Shown in pieces: positions 38,936 to 52,645 of a stretch of DNA of 64,000 bases; position 1 is the stretch's first letter, and each line of letters opens with the position of its first letter. This stretch comes from Octopus sinensis (taxonomy: Eukaryota). The DNA lies in the NCBI RefSeq assembly GCF_006345805.1, contig NC_042997.1:196354001-196418000 (forward strand), given 5' to 3'. A program made the translations under genes and the position numbers. Under the pieces are notes generated by a model. That model was not told the DNA's origin. It ran no database searches and was given only the letters and a program-made list of their open reading frames with translations.

Positions 38936-39889
38936 CTGTAGGAAAGTAGTAGAAATTGAAAAGAGGCAGAAATCTTGTTTGACCATTTTCACAAAAAATA
39001 TATATATATATAATAAATGGCACATTGAAGCTGTATGAAGAGATGGCGGTTGTGAGGGGGGGGAGCAAGTGACAGAAAGGGAGAGAGAGGTGGAGGGAAA
39101 AGCGTAGGCGAGCGAGACAATGGCGAGGAAATAAAGCAGAAAAGGACTATAAGCACTTCTTCAAATAAAACAAAACAGAACAATTCAATACTCTACTACT
39201 ACTGCTATTACTACTACTACTACATATAAGAATAATAATAATAACAACAACGATAGTGATGAAAATAAAAAAAAACTAGCAAAAATAATTATAAAAAAAC
39301 TAATAATTATGACGGATGAGGATAATGATGTTGATAATGTTTTGGATGATGAAGGTGATTGCGGTAATGATAACAACGATGATATCGATGATTATAATAA
39401 AGATGAATATGACAATGATAGTATGTCTTATTGATGATGTTTTATCGCCGCTTTGATCATCATTTTTAAGTATTGCTTTTTCATTTGTTATTTGTTTTGT
39501 ATCAGTTCTGAAAAGATAAATTTTCAGTACTGTTTTATCACTAAGATTTCTGGTCATTAGAAATGTGTAGATATTTAATAACCACAGACTCTCAGGGTGT
39601 ATCATTTAAAGTGTTACATTATGAACCTGTTAGTATACCAGTTGAAAAGCTACTTTAACATTGCATACATTTAAAACAGTGGTTCTTTAACTTGGGCGGT
39701 AGCGCCTCCTTGAGAGGCGTTGTGAGATAGCTCACTAGGTGTGACAAATTCCAAAGAGAACTGGGTGTTTTGAGGTGCTGTGTTGTGGGTTTCTTAGAAA
39801 TGTTTTTAACTCAGACACATTACTTATATTTTAAACCCCATTTAAAAAATATTTGTCAGGATTAAAATATGAGAATGACATTGTATTAC

Positions 39890-39970
39890 CAGTGAATACA
39901 AACACGACTGGTGTTGCCTCAATGTCTAATTTAATTCCGTTGTGTATGTCTTTGCATTCTATAGTAATTT
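39890..39970 (-). CDS. Candidate internal exon (81 nt)
   Basis: Acceptor tttttttatag, donor CTG/gtaata; ITIECKDIHNGIKLDIEATPVVFVFT; phase-compatible with 38874-38935. Confidence 0.3.
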
Positions 39971-40575
39971 CTATAAAAAAATTTAACACAGGAGCATTAG
40001 GCCATGAAAACATCGAAGAAAGAGCAAAATGGATTGGCTAGAGTAAGAAAATATTGTTAATTAACAACTGCGTAAAATTAACTTCTGTTTAATTAAGATA
40101 ATCAGCTGTATTTTTTTAAATATAAAACATGGCGATTACCTTTTGTAGTACACTATTCGGTAAAAAGAGATGCAGAATTACAAAACACTGGGGACTACTA
40201 CTTTAAAATTAGCAACCACCTCGTAGAATATTGTACGAATAGTTTTAGGATATTACACTTTCTTATACTGGAACAGTATTCAAGACATTGATTGTAGTAA
40301 AGTTCATTTGCGATTGCTTTGTAAGATACAAAATACAACATGGCTTTCAAATGAAGTTATTATAATTTCACGTTTAAATTATATCCATTCATTCATCCAT
40401 CTATCCAACTATCTATTTATAAATTATATGCATGTATATATACATGCATAGATAAACATGCATTTATATCACATTCATATACATACACATATATACACAC
40501 ACGTAGATGCATATATATAGATACTCACATGCAATATACTAACGCACACGTATATATTTACATACATAAGCATAT

Positions 40576-40607
<32 letters not shown>

Positions 40608-41402
40608 AATAAAATATGCATTTGTAGTTCTACTACACAATACTACTATGGATTTGTATTAAAAATCATTTAATTACCAGTACACACACACATATATATA
40701 GTTCATCTTTAATACATATCATGTTAATAGATTTTATGCTGCCTGTTGTTACTAGATTTATAAAGGAAACACTATTTTTTTGCTATATTTATAAAGGGAA
40801 ATCTGAAAAAAAAAAATCATTGAAAAATTGGGAAATCAGATTGTCTTTCTTAGTTGAATATCATCTTAAATTTGATAAAAGCTTTCATTTTTAGTGTAAA
40901 TGTGAAAAGCAAATTTTGCCAAAATCGTTAAATAAATAGATAGAAACATTATCAACAACAGCGACACATCATGAGTTGTTATCATTTGTTAAACAAATGC
41001 CATGAAAAAAATACAATAAAACCGATAACAATGACGGGGATTTTTTTTCTTCTCTCAATATATACATATTTATCGAATAACTCCAACTTTATTTAAGCTT
41101 TTCAATGAGCTATTGTCAACTTCCACTATTACGGTACTTTTCTCTTTTTCTTTTTACATATCACAATCAATTTTATCCATTATCTACGTTTCTACGGTTC
41201 TGTTTTGTAGAGTGTGCCTGTCTGCATAGTATGTGTGCTTGCGTGTAAATTTAGGAGTGTGTGTTTAGGTGTGTGTTTTGTGAATGAAAGCATGAATGTC
41301 TGCCTGCCTGTCTGTCTGCCAGTCTGTTCGTTTCTGTATGTATATACGTATGATTTCCATGAGATTTCTTTAAATTCATTTTAGAATCCAGTACATTCTT
41401 TG

Positions 41403-41433
<31 letters not shown>

Positions 41434-41435
41434 TA

Positions 41436-41475
<40 letters not shown>

Positions 41476-42027
41476 TTGCGTGCTTATATGATTATATAGC
41501 TTTATGTATGTATGTGTGTGTATGTACTTCTTCTCTTCGTGAATTGTTTTAAAGTTTATTTTGACCGACTGCCTGCTCGTTGGAAAGAAGATACAAGAGA
41601 AAATATGTATATATGTATGAGTGTGTATATTTATATATATGTGTATGTGTGTATGAGTGCGTGTATATATATGTATGTATACAAAATATGCGTTTATAGT
41701 GTGTTTAAAAAAAGTAGCAAAAATGCATTTTTAATTTTCAATACGTAGAAAACATTAAATATATTTTGACCAAAATATTTAAAAACATTAGCACTTAGAA
41801 AACGAAGAACTGTTTCATTGAATCAACTTGGCAAAAAGAAAAAAAAAAGCATGAAATATATTGCTATATCGACAAATTCTTCAGTTTCAAGTTATAAGAT
41901 TGTCAAAAGTGGCAATTTAGATTCAAGAATATCAAGAAACCTATTCATATGGGTTCATTATTTGAATTTAAAATTTTTAAAAATTATTATGATTGATTGA
42001 AATATTTCCTAATTTTAATTCTCAAGT

Positions 42028-42083
<56 letters not shown>

Positions 42084-42106
42084 GTCTTCATCTCTATCAC
42101 ATTCAG

Positions 42107-42195
42107 AGTAAATGTGCAGGATTCCCTAATAGTGCAGAATCTTCTAATAGTGAAGAATATCTTTTTCAATACAAACTTCAGCAGTTCGAACTTCG
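42107..42195 (+). CDS. Candidate exon (tentative)
   Basis: Acceptor ttgtcttcatctctatcacattcag, donor gtagtc; SKCAGFPNSAESSNSEEYLFQYKLQQFELR (a second frame is also open). Confidence 0.2.
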
Positions 42196-43464
42196 GTAGT
42201 CAATATTTCTTTTCTCTAGCATACAATTTGATGGGTTTTAATATAAATATCTACTGCTGATACACGAATCCTCGTTTTGCCTTTATTAGATTCGCAGTGT
42301 TCCGGTTAGAATTCGTGTTCTGTTATTATCCGACTGTTATAATACTATTCTAAAACAACTTTGTACCACTATGTTATACTACCGCTAAAGGACCCAATCT
42401 TTTATATGTTAGCAGAGACTATTCCGGAATAGAGTGAACGGTTGAAAAGAGGACATCATCTGATTTATTAATAGACATAAGTGTATGACCTTCCACGTTA
42501 TTAAGGATATTTATATACATGCATAATAATACACATATCTAATGATCCTATTGCAGGTATATCTAAATTATGTAACCGAAAGTATAAACAACCTTTTAGA
42601 TAAATTAAATCCTAGTAACATGTTAAAAAGTTCTAATTTTTGTTTTAATTTAGATGTCACTTTTATTACCTATTTTGAACAGCATCTTTGCTGAAAACTC
42701 AAAAATCTCTCTTCCCCCTCTCTCTCAGCTCACATTCTCTGCGACCATCTTCTCTGCTTTCTTTGCATCCATCATTATATCTACATTTCCTTCCGTATCA
42801 TTTTCATCCGCCGGTCTAATTTCACTGCCTTTACTTTGTCAATGTTAAGAAATTTAGATTTTAAAGAGATGAAATAATTATTATTCATATAAGGAAGGAG
42901 AATAATTCAAAGTATTATCATATTTCACTATATTATAATTTTAGATTTAAAAAAAAGTTTAAAAGTTATTTTATTAAATACTTTTCTTTCATTTTACCTG
43001 GACTTGCTCGGAGGGGAGCTTTTTAGATACAATCCCATGATCTTTCATGACCGAAGGGGGTCATTATTTTACATCATATATATATATATATATAATATAT
43101 ATATACACACACACTCAATCCTCGGAGGGTAATGTTTATCCTAGTATTAATAGTGGTAAAATATGACATACGATCAAACTGGGGAGGATCTACAACGTGA
43201 ACATTGATAATATACTCCAATAAAGATTGTAGGTGTCAATAAGATTGTCGTAAGAATAGAAAACTGGGTACTCGGCTTCATGAGTCCTAAGTCTCGGAAC
43301 AGTACTTAACTATTTATATTACTGACCTTAGAAAGGATAAAAGGTACAGACAGCTTCGGCATGTTTTGAACTAGACGTAAAGTAGCCTAATTAACCATAA
43401 AAAAACAAAAATTGTTAGCCGTCTTACAAGTTCTAACTTATATTGCATTCTAAGAAAATAATTC

Positions 43465-43885
43465 AAGGCGGCGAGCTGGCAGAACCGTTAACACGCCAGG
43501 CGAAATGCTTTACATTCTGAGTTCAAATTCCACCGAGGTTAACTTTGCCTTTCATCCTTTCGGGGTCAATAAATTAAGTACCAGTTGCATACTGGGGTCG
43601 ATCTAATCGACTGGCTCTCTCACCCAAAATTTCAGGCCTTGTGCCTAGAGTAGGAAAGATTCTAAGAAAATAATTGCTTCATACTCTTGGCAGAAGGTCA
43701 GTCATTTTAGTGGTGTGGGGTGGGGTGGAAAGTTAATGGATTACACCAATCCAACTAGATCACTGGTGCTTTATTTATCGACCCTGGAAGGTAGAAAGGC
43801 AAAGTTGACCTCGTCGGCACTTGAATCCAGAACGTAAAAAGCCGTTGAGAATTTTGTCTGATAACGATTCTACCTGTTCGCTGCG
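43465..43885. mobile_element. Two SINE family A copies in opposite orientation (43465-43650 +, 43745-43885 -)
   Basis: Family-A core on each strand. Confidence 0.8.
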
Positions 43886-44149
43886 TGATTCTCTAAAGAA
43901 ATAATTAAAAAAAATTAGTTTAATTAATAATAAATTGCAATCAATATTTTCATTTATATATATATTTTTTCTATCATAGAATGTTTTTAATGCCTCAGGA
44001 CAGGAATTAGCGCTTCCCAATTTCCGATTTGTTTTATAAATTCGAAAATTTTATTCTAAAATATCCTTGATATAAAAACATTAATTTTAATAAAATCTAT
44101 TTTGTACAAAAATCATTTTTACACTGAACTGTTTCGATATTCTCTTTTT

Positions 44150-44563
44150 TCTTTTACTCTTTTTTACTTGTTTCAGTCATTTGACTGCGGCCATGCTAGA
44201 GCACCGCCTTTAATCGAGCATCTCGACCCCGGGGCGTATTCTTTTGTAAGCCCAGTACTTATTCCATCGGTCTCTTTTGCCGAACTGCTAAGTAACGGGG
44301 ACATAAACACACCAGCATCGGTTGTCAAGCAAAGCTAGGGGGACAAACACAGACACACAAACACACACACGCATATATATATTAATATATACATATATAC
44401 GACGGGCTTCTTTCATTTTCCGTCTACCAAATCCAACTCACAAGGCTTTGGTCGGCCCGAGGCTATTGTAGAAGACACTTTCCCAAGGTGCCACACAATG
44501 GGACTGAACCCGGAGCCATGTGGTTGGTAAACAAGCTACTTACCACACAGCCACTCCTGCGCC
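44150..44563 (-). mobile_element. SINE family B, full length
   Basis: ggcgcaggagtggctgtgtggtaag head, central TG/TA microsatellite, tail ggcggtgctctagcatggccgcagtcaaatgactgaaacaagtaa. Confidence 0.9.
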
Positions 44564-44904
44564 TATATTGTCTATTTAATTGAAAGAATTTCGTTTCACA
44601 AAGTAGATAATGTTGATAATGATAAAGATTGAATGTAGAAGCACATACTGAGGTCATCTCGTAGATGCGAACCAACAAATTGTCGCGGGGGCTGGCTATG
44701 ACTATCACTCAGACGGAATGAGGTTATAGTTAAGCTACGCAGTGGATATCGTAGCAAGGAAGTTGAATTAAGTGTTAGAAAGTTGAGAAGGTTTTTTTGT
44801 GTGGCCTCAGGCCAACCTTGATAGTCAGAAGAATTTGCTTGGTTGATGTTGTTGACCATCAGCTCGGATAGTCCGAATAGAATAGATCATCTCTTTTATT
44901 CTTT

Positions 44905-45160
44905 CATCCTTTTATTTGTTTCAGTCAATTGACTGTGGCCATGCTGGAGCACCGCCTTTAGTCGAACAAATCGCTTTGTAAGCCTAGTACTTATTCTATC
45001 GGTCTCTATTGCCGAACCACAAAGTTACGTGGACGTAAACATACCAACATCGGTTGTCAAGCGATGGTGAGGGGACAAACACAAACACACACACCATCAC
45101 ACAGACATATATACGATGGGTTTCTTTCAGTTTCCTTCTACCAAATCCATTCACAAGGCT
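44905..45160 (-). mobile_element. SINE family B, truncated
   Basis: Family-B tail and centre. Confidence 0.8.
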
Positions 45161-45789
45161 TTGTAGAAATTTGCTACATAACTTCAAAAGGACTTTTAAC
45201 ATAATATATAAGCTTTAGCTCTTAAAAAAAGAACAATACCCCTAATAATAGTAGTAGTAGTAGTAGTATTAAAAAAGACTATACCAGTAGTAGTAGTAAT
45301 GTTATAACATTGATTATTATGAAAATGATGACAGCGGCGAAGACGAGCGATGATGATACTGATTATGATGGTGATGAAACATCGATCTGAGTTAATGGAA
45401 ATATGATTGAATGAATTTCAGATGCGACCATTCCACCGTATTAGAGATATGTAGGTCTACATTATTCCTTATTCAAGACGTGTGTGATTTGAGGGTGATT
45501 TGGATGTTATTACTAGCAGGTTAAGAGTTGGTTTCATAATGATGATGATTATATTAATGATGGTATGATGATGAGGATGATAATGATAAGCACATCGACG
45601 ATAGAAATCGTATTTGTAATGTCTGAAAAAGCGGGGTTGAACAAATATATATATACACATATATATATGTTCTGATTGAAAAAGCGTTTAGTCAATTATT
45701 TTCAAAAAGCAACAGAAGGTAACTATAAAGAAACAAATGGATCGAGGAAGCAACACAGCAATAACAACTGCAACAACGAGTAACAAAAA

Positions 45790-46075
45790 GGAACTCCACA
45801 TCCATCGAATCAGGGGATTAGATGACTGTCTTCTTTCTTTGATCCCTTTAATACATTCCAGTCATTGATGTGCAGCTTCGGTCGCAGACGAGACATGTGT
45901 ATGCTTTGTTGGAAAGACCAGGTATTACTCTGTGTGCATGTCTCTTTTCTCGATATTCCTGGTAGCGCTGAGTACGTCTCTCATCCGTATCTCTAATCGC
46001 GCTCCCCACGAACAGCGAGATCTCTAAAGAGGACAGAAGGTAGCAATGTCTTTCACTCTTGAAAAGTTTATGTTA
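45790..46075 (-). pseudogene. RTE-clade LINE 3' end relic
   Basis: IPGLSNKAYTCLVCDRSCTSMTG resembles the C-terminal CxxC...H zinc-finger tail of RTE elements. Confidence 0.5.
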
Positions 46076-46079
46076 CTCG

Positions 46080-47500
46080 CCCTCCAAAGTGGTCTTCAAT
46101 TAGCGTTTAGACCACTTCTTTGGTTCTCTGACCGGGATTTAATCATTGCGTAGGAGGTCCTGTTTAAAGCAGTTTAGAATCTCATCCAGTGAATTGTCAT
46201 GACAAAAACCGTTTCTGCCAGAGATTAAACCAAATGCTGAATCTTCAAACATGCAAAGTCGTACTAATAGTTGATTTTAATGCAAGAGTTGAGAGGAATA
46301 AAAAATCTGGAAACGATTGATCAGGAACCATGAAGTTGGCAAAATAAGAGGCAACGACAGCATCAAATATCTTTCTCTGTGTGAGGAACACGGCTTTCTC
46401 ATTACCAGCACTAGCTTCGAGCAGAACAACAAACAAACCAGATACGCAAACACATGTGCTACATATCTGAGTTATCTCGGATGGTGCCTGTATAGCATAG
46501 ATGCAAAATTGCAGCTATCAGTTCGATAGAGGGTTTCTTCTATGTGAGTAATTATATCTTGCCAAGCAACAACTGAAAGGTTATTCTAGAGACACTGGAT
46601 GTTAAATGTTCCCAGGGTCTTAATGAGTTGGCTGTGTCTTGTACCCGTACAACAGAGAGGAAACCCAGACTGCTCGGTAGCTGAAAATCTTGATAGGGAG
46701 ACTGAGATGCTTATTTAGAAAATCTCTCTGAGATTTCTAAGTGATACGGAGGCCTTTTTAAAAGCAGTTTAGAATCTCATGCAGTGAGCAGTCAGGATAA
46801 AAAAACGCTTCTGCCAGAGATTAGATCAAATGCTGAGTCTGCAAACACGACAAAGTCGTACTGATGGTTGATTTTAATGCAAGAATAGAGAGGAATAAAA
46901 AATCTGGAAACGAGTGATCAGGAACCATGAAGTTGGCAAAAGCAGCAGCAATGACAGCATCAAAGATCTTTCTCTGTGTGAGGAACACGGCTTCCCCATT
47001 GCCAGAACTAGCTTCGAGCAGAACAACAAACAAAACCCCATAGATGCACAACAGATCCAAAAACTGTAATCTTATTGGTTACATTATGTAAAGGGGTGTT
47101 CTACTCACTCGTACAACGAGGGGAGCTGAGTATTGGACAAACTATCATATGATATTATTAAAGGCTAGATAGCAAGTGCAATGCTTCTGACACTCCAGAG
47201 CACTGAACCTCAAGAGGCTCAGTCGCTTTATGTCCGACAGAGCGAATATTTGTAAAGGTTTTCTGCCACTTTTTCAATGTCAAACTAAAAACTTCAGTGG
47301 CACTCATTATCTCGGAAGCTTGCATAGATGACAAAAAAAAAAAAAAGAAAATCCTCCTTAAGTTCCACACTTTATGATGCAGCTGCCGAATCCATCGGAT
47401 TTAAGACGTAAAAAGGAAAATATCAAGACTGGTTGGATGAGAACTCCAGTGCAGAACTCCTGAATTATATGCACAAGGCACACAGAGTAATTCTAGACAA
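46080..47500 (+). pseudogene. RTE-clade LINE endonuclease relic with a duplicated about 290-bp block
   Basis: DFNARV...HEVGKIRGNDSIKYLSLCEEHGFLITSTSFEQ occurs twice (about 46153-46440 and 46748-47039); later a DWLDEN motif. Confidence 0.7.
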
Positions 47501-47789
47501 TATCCTTGATTTCACGCTCTTGAAAACACTTCCGGCCACACTCATACATACATACAATCACGCACACATGCGTTCTGGCGACTAAGAGTTCTGGCGACTC
47601 GTTAAAAATGTTTCTGCGAATTCTGCTAGCACAATTTCCAATCTTTCGGAATTGCTTCTATTCTTACAGTCCCAGATTCTCAATCATCTTTGATGCTTAT
47701 ACAATTTGAGAAATAACGGAAAGATTAGATATACACTCGACATAATAATAATAATAATATAATAATAATATAATAATAATAATAATGAT

Positions 47790-48000
47790 CCTTCCTACTA
47801 AAGGCACAAGGCCTGAAAGTTTGGATGAGGGGTTAAGTCGATTACATCGACCCCAGTAAACAACTGGTACTTAATTTATCGACCTTGAAAGGATGAAAGG
47901 TAAAGTCAACCCTGCAGAATTTGAGCTCAGAACGTAAAGACGGACGAAATGCCGCTAAGCATTTCACCCGGTGTGCTAACGATTCTGCCAGTTTGCCGCT
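47790..48000 (-). mobile_element. SINE family A
   Basis: Reverse-complement head and core next to (AAT)n. Confidence 0.85.
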
Positions 48001-48051
48001 TATAATAATAATAATAATAACAACAAAGTTCTAAAGACCACACAGATCTAC

Positions 48052-48181
48052 TTGAATAAAAAACAGACAGAAAAAAGAGCCCCCCCAACACTAACAAAAA
48101 CAAAACTGAAACACATCGTTGTTTTTTTTTTTGGAGTTTCCTGAGCAACTGTAACAGCGGAAGTAGCGGTAGACGCACCAT
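48052..48181 (-). CDS. Candidate first coding exon with signal-anchor-like sequence (tentative)
   Basis: MVRLPLLPLLQLLRKLQKKKQRCVSVLFLLVLGGLFFLSVFYS, donor CAA/gtagat; ETS-like GCGGAAGT and ACCGGAAAT motifs nearby. Confidence 0.25.
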
Positions 48182-48400
48182 AACCAAATCTCCACCGGAA
48201 ATCAAGAGCTTTCTCTGTTTGTTTGTTTGTTTGTTTCTTTTATTTTTTTTTAAAATTATATTTGTTTTAAAAATAAGTTCCAGTAAACGAACTTTTGTTA
48301 TTTGAATTGATAATATCAAGTTTCGATTCTTTGAATCTATGCAAGACTGTTGTTTATACAACGGCAGCAGTGGTGAAAATTGTAAAAGTTTAAGGAGACG

Positions 48401-48434
<34 letters not shown>

Positions 48435-49039
48435 CGGACAAACATGAAGTTCTCTGCTTGTCTCCTAGCTTGCTTGATAGACCGGTACATATGAAATATT
48501 GTACCTTATATATGTATATATATATGTGTGTGTGCGCGTGTGTGTATATTTGCGTAAATGTATGAGCATGTATGTTTATGTGTGCACGCACATATATGTA
48601 TATATTATGTATAAATACATACGAATATATGTATATATTATATAACACATATGTTTTCACTTGTTTCAGTCATTAGACTGTGGCCATGCTGGGGCACCGC
48701 CTTGAACATATGTAATATTTTCATGTAATTAACTATATAAGCAATTATATATAAATGTTATACAATCATATATACGTTATATCCCCACACATACATTCAT
48801 ATATCTGTGTGTGTGTATCTGTATATCTCTAGTAATTAGCTTGTTCAGCTGGACTTGTGTAAGCCCCAAGCCAATATAAAAAGAAAAGAACTCACCGTTA
48901 TAACAGTGGAGTGAATAAGTTCTACAAAGATACGGTTTATTTCGCTCTTAAACAGAATTAATCATGTCATAAAGTACAGTGGTTAAGAACGGAAGAAACT
49001 GTATATTTGAGTCTTTCGAATTTTACAATATATATATTA

Positions 49040-49079
<40 letters not shown>

Positions 49080-50074
49080 TATATATATATAATATATATA
49101 TACACACACACAGTTAAATCGCGTGCGAGTATGTATATGATTATGCATAAATATACATATATATTTATGTATTTATATATATGTATTATATATCATATTA
49201 TATATTTATGTATTTATATATATGTATTATATATCATATTATATATTTATATAGCTATATATATGTATACATATATATATATATACACATTTAAATAGCG
49301 TGTGAGTATGTATATAATTATGTATAAATATACATGTGTATATATATATGTATGTCATATTTATGTAATTATATATATGTATATAGATATGTATTATATA
49401 TATTTTCATATCTATATATATGCATACATGTATATGTATATATATATATATGTATAAATATGTATATATGTATAAATATGTATATATGTATATATATGTA
49501 TAAATATGTATATATATATGTATAAATATGTATATATATGTAAAATAAGTATGTATATATATATATATATATATAATGTATTATATCTTATATATTTATG
49601 TAGTTATGTATATATATGTATTATATTTTATATATCTATGTAGTTATGTATTATATCTTATATATTTATGTAGTTATATATATATGTGTATGTATATAGA
49701 TATGTATTATATATTTTCATATATCTATCTATATATATGTATACATATACATACATATATATGTATAAATATGTATACATATATATGTAAAATATGTATA
49801 TATAAATATATATATACACACATAAAGTATGTAAAATCATGCAGATATCATATATAAACAAAAGGGCCGATTAGACCAGTTGATAAAACTGCTGAGCAAG
49901 AAAGTCATCCTTTATTTGGATTAAACCAGGAATCTTATATTGCTTTGGGCAAATAGAATTATACAGAATCCTGCCAAATGGATAGAAGGAACTGATTAAG
50001 TTCCATGCAAGACATTTCTTCAGATTTCTCGCTCTTTTCCTAAAACTGCAGTCAATATTTAAGATGGCGCCTCT

Positions 50075-50747
50075 CTAGTTTCTGATATTGTAGTCTCGGT
50101 ATGTTGTGTCATGGTGACGTCTCCTCGTCGGAGTTCGCCTCTCATGATGGTGGGGTGTATGATGGGGTGAGTGGTGCGGTGAGTGTTGTGGTGAGTGCTG
50201 GGGTGAGTATTGTTGATACTGCTGTTGTTGTTGTTGTTGTGATTGCTGCTGCTGTTGGTGGTGGTGGTAGTGGTGCTGCTGCTGTTGCGATGTTGTTGGT
50301 GGCGACGGCGGTTTGGGTTGCTCTTGCAGCTGTTGGTGGTGATGGTACTGGTGGGACTGCCGCTGCTGCCGCTGTGGCGGCTGCCTCGGACTTTCCTGCT
50401 GTTGTTGTTGTTGTTGTTGTTGCGGTTGTTGTTGATGTGGTTGCGGTGACGGCGGCGGGGCCGGTTGTGCTTGCTGATGTTGATAGGATGAGTAATGAGA
50501 TTGTTGTGGGGTCGGTGAGGGTGATAACTGAGTTGGATGAGATAGTTGTTTGTGCCCCCCCGCGTGCAAATGTTGACTCAATTCTCTGGCCAGTTCTAAC
50601 TCATAGCCATTCTCAACCAGCTTCTTGCTCGGTTCCACCGGGTTGACTGGAGAATTTTTAGCGTTTGTCTTGGCTATGGACTGTTGATAACTGTATAATT
50701 GCTTCTCAAGGGCGTAATTTTCCGCTTGTAAGGCCATAATTTCTCGC
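50075..50747 (-). CDS. Terminal coding exon of an unidentified protein: coiled-coil-like segment plus Gln/His/Pro-rich tail
   Basis: Acceptor atttctctttcag at 50749-50748; 223 uninterrupted codons REIMALQAENYALEKQL...RDYNIRN*; GC content above background; AATAAA on the minus strand at 49911-49916. Confidence 0.75.
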
Positions 50748-50950
50748 CTGAAAGAGAAATATCAAAAGTGATATAAATTATGAATCCACAAGGCAAATGT
50801 ATAATTTCATTTTTAACACGACCACATTTTAGCATATTGACTTTCTTTTTGTTTTTCAATTATGATAATAGAAATGACGGGAGGAGAGAACATATCGGAT
50901 TTCTATTGGAGCTAAAAATCCGAAGAGGAACACAAGAGATAATTGCTCAC

Positions 50951-50982
50951 AGCTTTAAACTCTGACAGATGATTTTATAGAG
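50951..50982 (-). CDS. Candidate 32-nt penultimate exon
   Basis: Acceptor atatccctttcag, donor GCT/gtgagc; LYKIICQSLK-L joins in phase to REIMALQ. Confidence 0.45.
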
Positions 50983-51086
50983 CTGAAAGGGATATGTAGA
51001 TATTTTGTGATGCTTGATGCTTTGTTTTTTAACAGTAAGAGAAATAATTGGATGAGTCAGGCAAAGAAATTAAATTGAGAGGCTAT

Positions 51087-51166
<80 letters not shown>

Positions 51167-51170
<4 letters not shown>

Positions 51171-51362
51171 TTGGAGATAGATTGGGAGATAGATTGGGAG
51201 ATAGATTGAGAGATAGATTGAGAGATAGATTGAGAGATAGATTGAGAGATAGATTGAGAGATAGATTGAGAGATAGATTGAGAATAGATTGAGAGATAGA
51301 TTGAGAGATAGATTGAGAGATAGATTGAGAGATAGATTGAGAGATAGATTGAGAGAGATTGG
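51167..51362. repeat. 12-bp minisatellite (GAGATAGATTGA)n next to (GA)n
   Basis: Direct reading; 12-bp period. Confidence 0.9.
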
Positions 51363-51684
51363 GAAGGGCAGAGACAAGGGACAGACTGCGAGAGAAAAAG
51401 CGAGTGCAAATGCGAGTAAAAGAGAGATGAGAGAATGTGATATATATATACATACATACATGTATATATATACATACACACACATATATATATACACAGA
51501 CATACACATATATATATATATACATACATACACATATATATATAAACACACACACGCATATATATATATACTCACACACACACATATATATATACTCACA
51601 CACATATATATATACTCACACACACATATATATACTCACACACACACACACACGTATATATATACTCACACGCACACACCACAT

Positions 51685-51720
<36 letters not shown>

Positions 51721-52395
51721 ATATATATATACATACACATACATAGAGAGAGATGAAAACAAGAAAGAAAGCTTGGCCGGTTGCATAAAACCGTAAAAAG
51801 AAATAAAGACAGAGAGTAAAATGAAAGACCAATTGTGAAACAGATTTGAACGAAATTACATATCTACGTAAATATATACATATATAAAATAAATGTAGAT
51901 TACAATATATGCATGTATATGTATATACATGTGTGTGTATATATATATATATATATAATTAATAATATCAAAGGGTAATCTGAAATATTAGAAATTTCCA
52001 TTACTAGTGGCCTAGCGTTAAAAATTTAGTGAATGTTTTTATTTTTTATTTCCTGATAGTGAAATTTTATCCCTGATAGTGGTTTAGAATTTGACTGTCC
52101 TCTCTAGCGTGCAGGTAGTCCTATGATGGATACCTCTTATATGTTTGAATACACACTGAATTGATAGATATTATATACTATAGATATTATATATTATATA
52201 TATATATACACATACATACATACATACATATATAGATATGTTATCCCTATGTATATGCATTTATCTATCTCTCTCCATATGTGTAGATAAAATATATATA
52301 GATTACAATATATGCATATGTATGTGTATGTATATATGTTTATATATGTATGTATATGTACGTGTGTGTGTGTATGTTTGTATGTATGTATGTAT

Positions 52396-52645
52396 TCTTT
52401 TATTCTTTTATATGTTTCAGTCCAATGACTGACCATGCTGGGGCACCGCCATTGTGGTCATCTTTCCACTTTCCGCCTTTATCGGAGCGGCTTTTGGTGA
52501 AGGATGGAGTTCCATGTTACTGCCTTCTTTTGAGTTTCTTGCTTAGATATTGGCTCAACCGGGGTCTCGGCGAGCCAGAGGTCAAGCTCAAGTTCGCATC
52601 CACTCCATTGAAGGTTCCTCAGATGCTTTGGTAGACAATTAAACA
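52396..52645 (-). pseudogene. CR1/L2-group LINE 3' end whose UTR matches the SINE-B tail
   Basis: [12 protein letters not shown]...ELDLWL...NSILHQKP, followed by ggcggtgccccagcatggtcagtcattggactgaaaca. Confidence 0.7.

Noticed and set aside
39310-39420. Acidic D/N-rich frame with a gtatgt donor
   Set aside because: Degenerate (GAT/AAT)n microsatellite, common in this window.
38701-40320. Alternative plus-strand exon chain (38701-38780, 39860-39963, about 40248-40320)
   Set aside because: Phase-compatible but with weak acceptors, and it overlaps the minus-strand candidate; cannot be supported without RNA data.
50101-50646. Plus-strand V/A-rich ORF of 181 aa
   Set aside because: Antisense shadow of the Gln/His-rich minus-strand exon, which has the splice signal and the more protein-like N-terminus.
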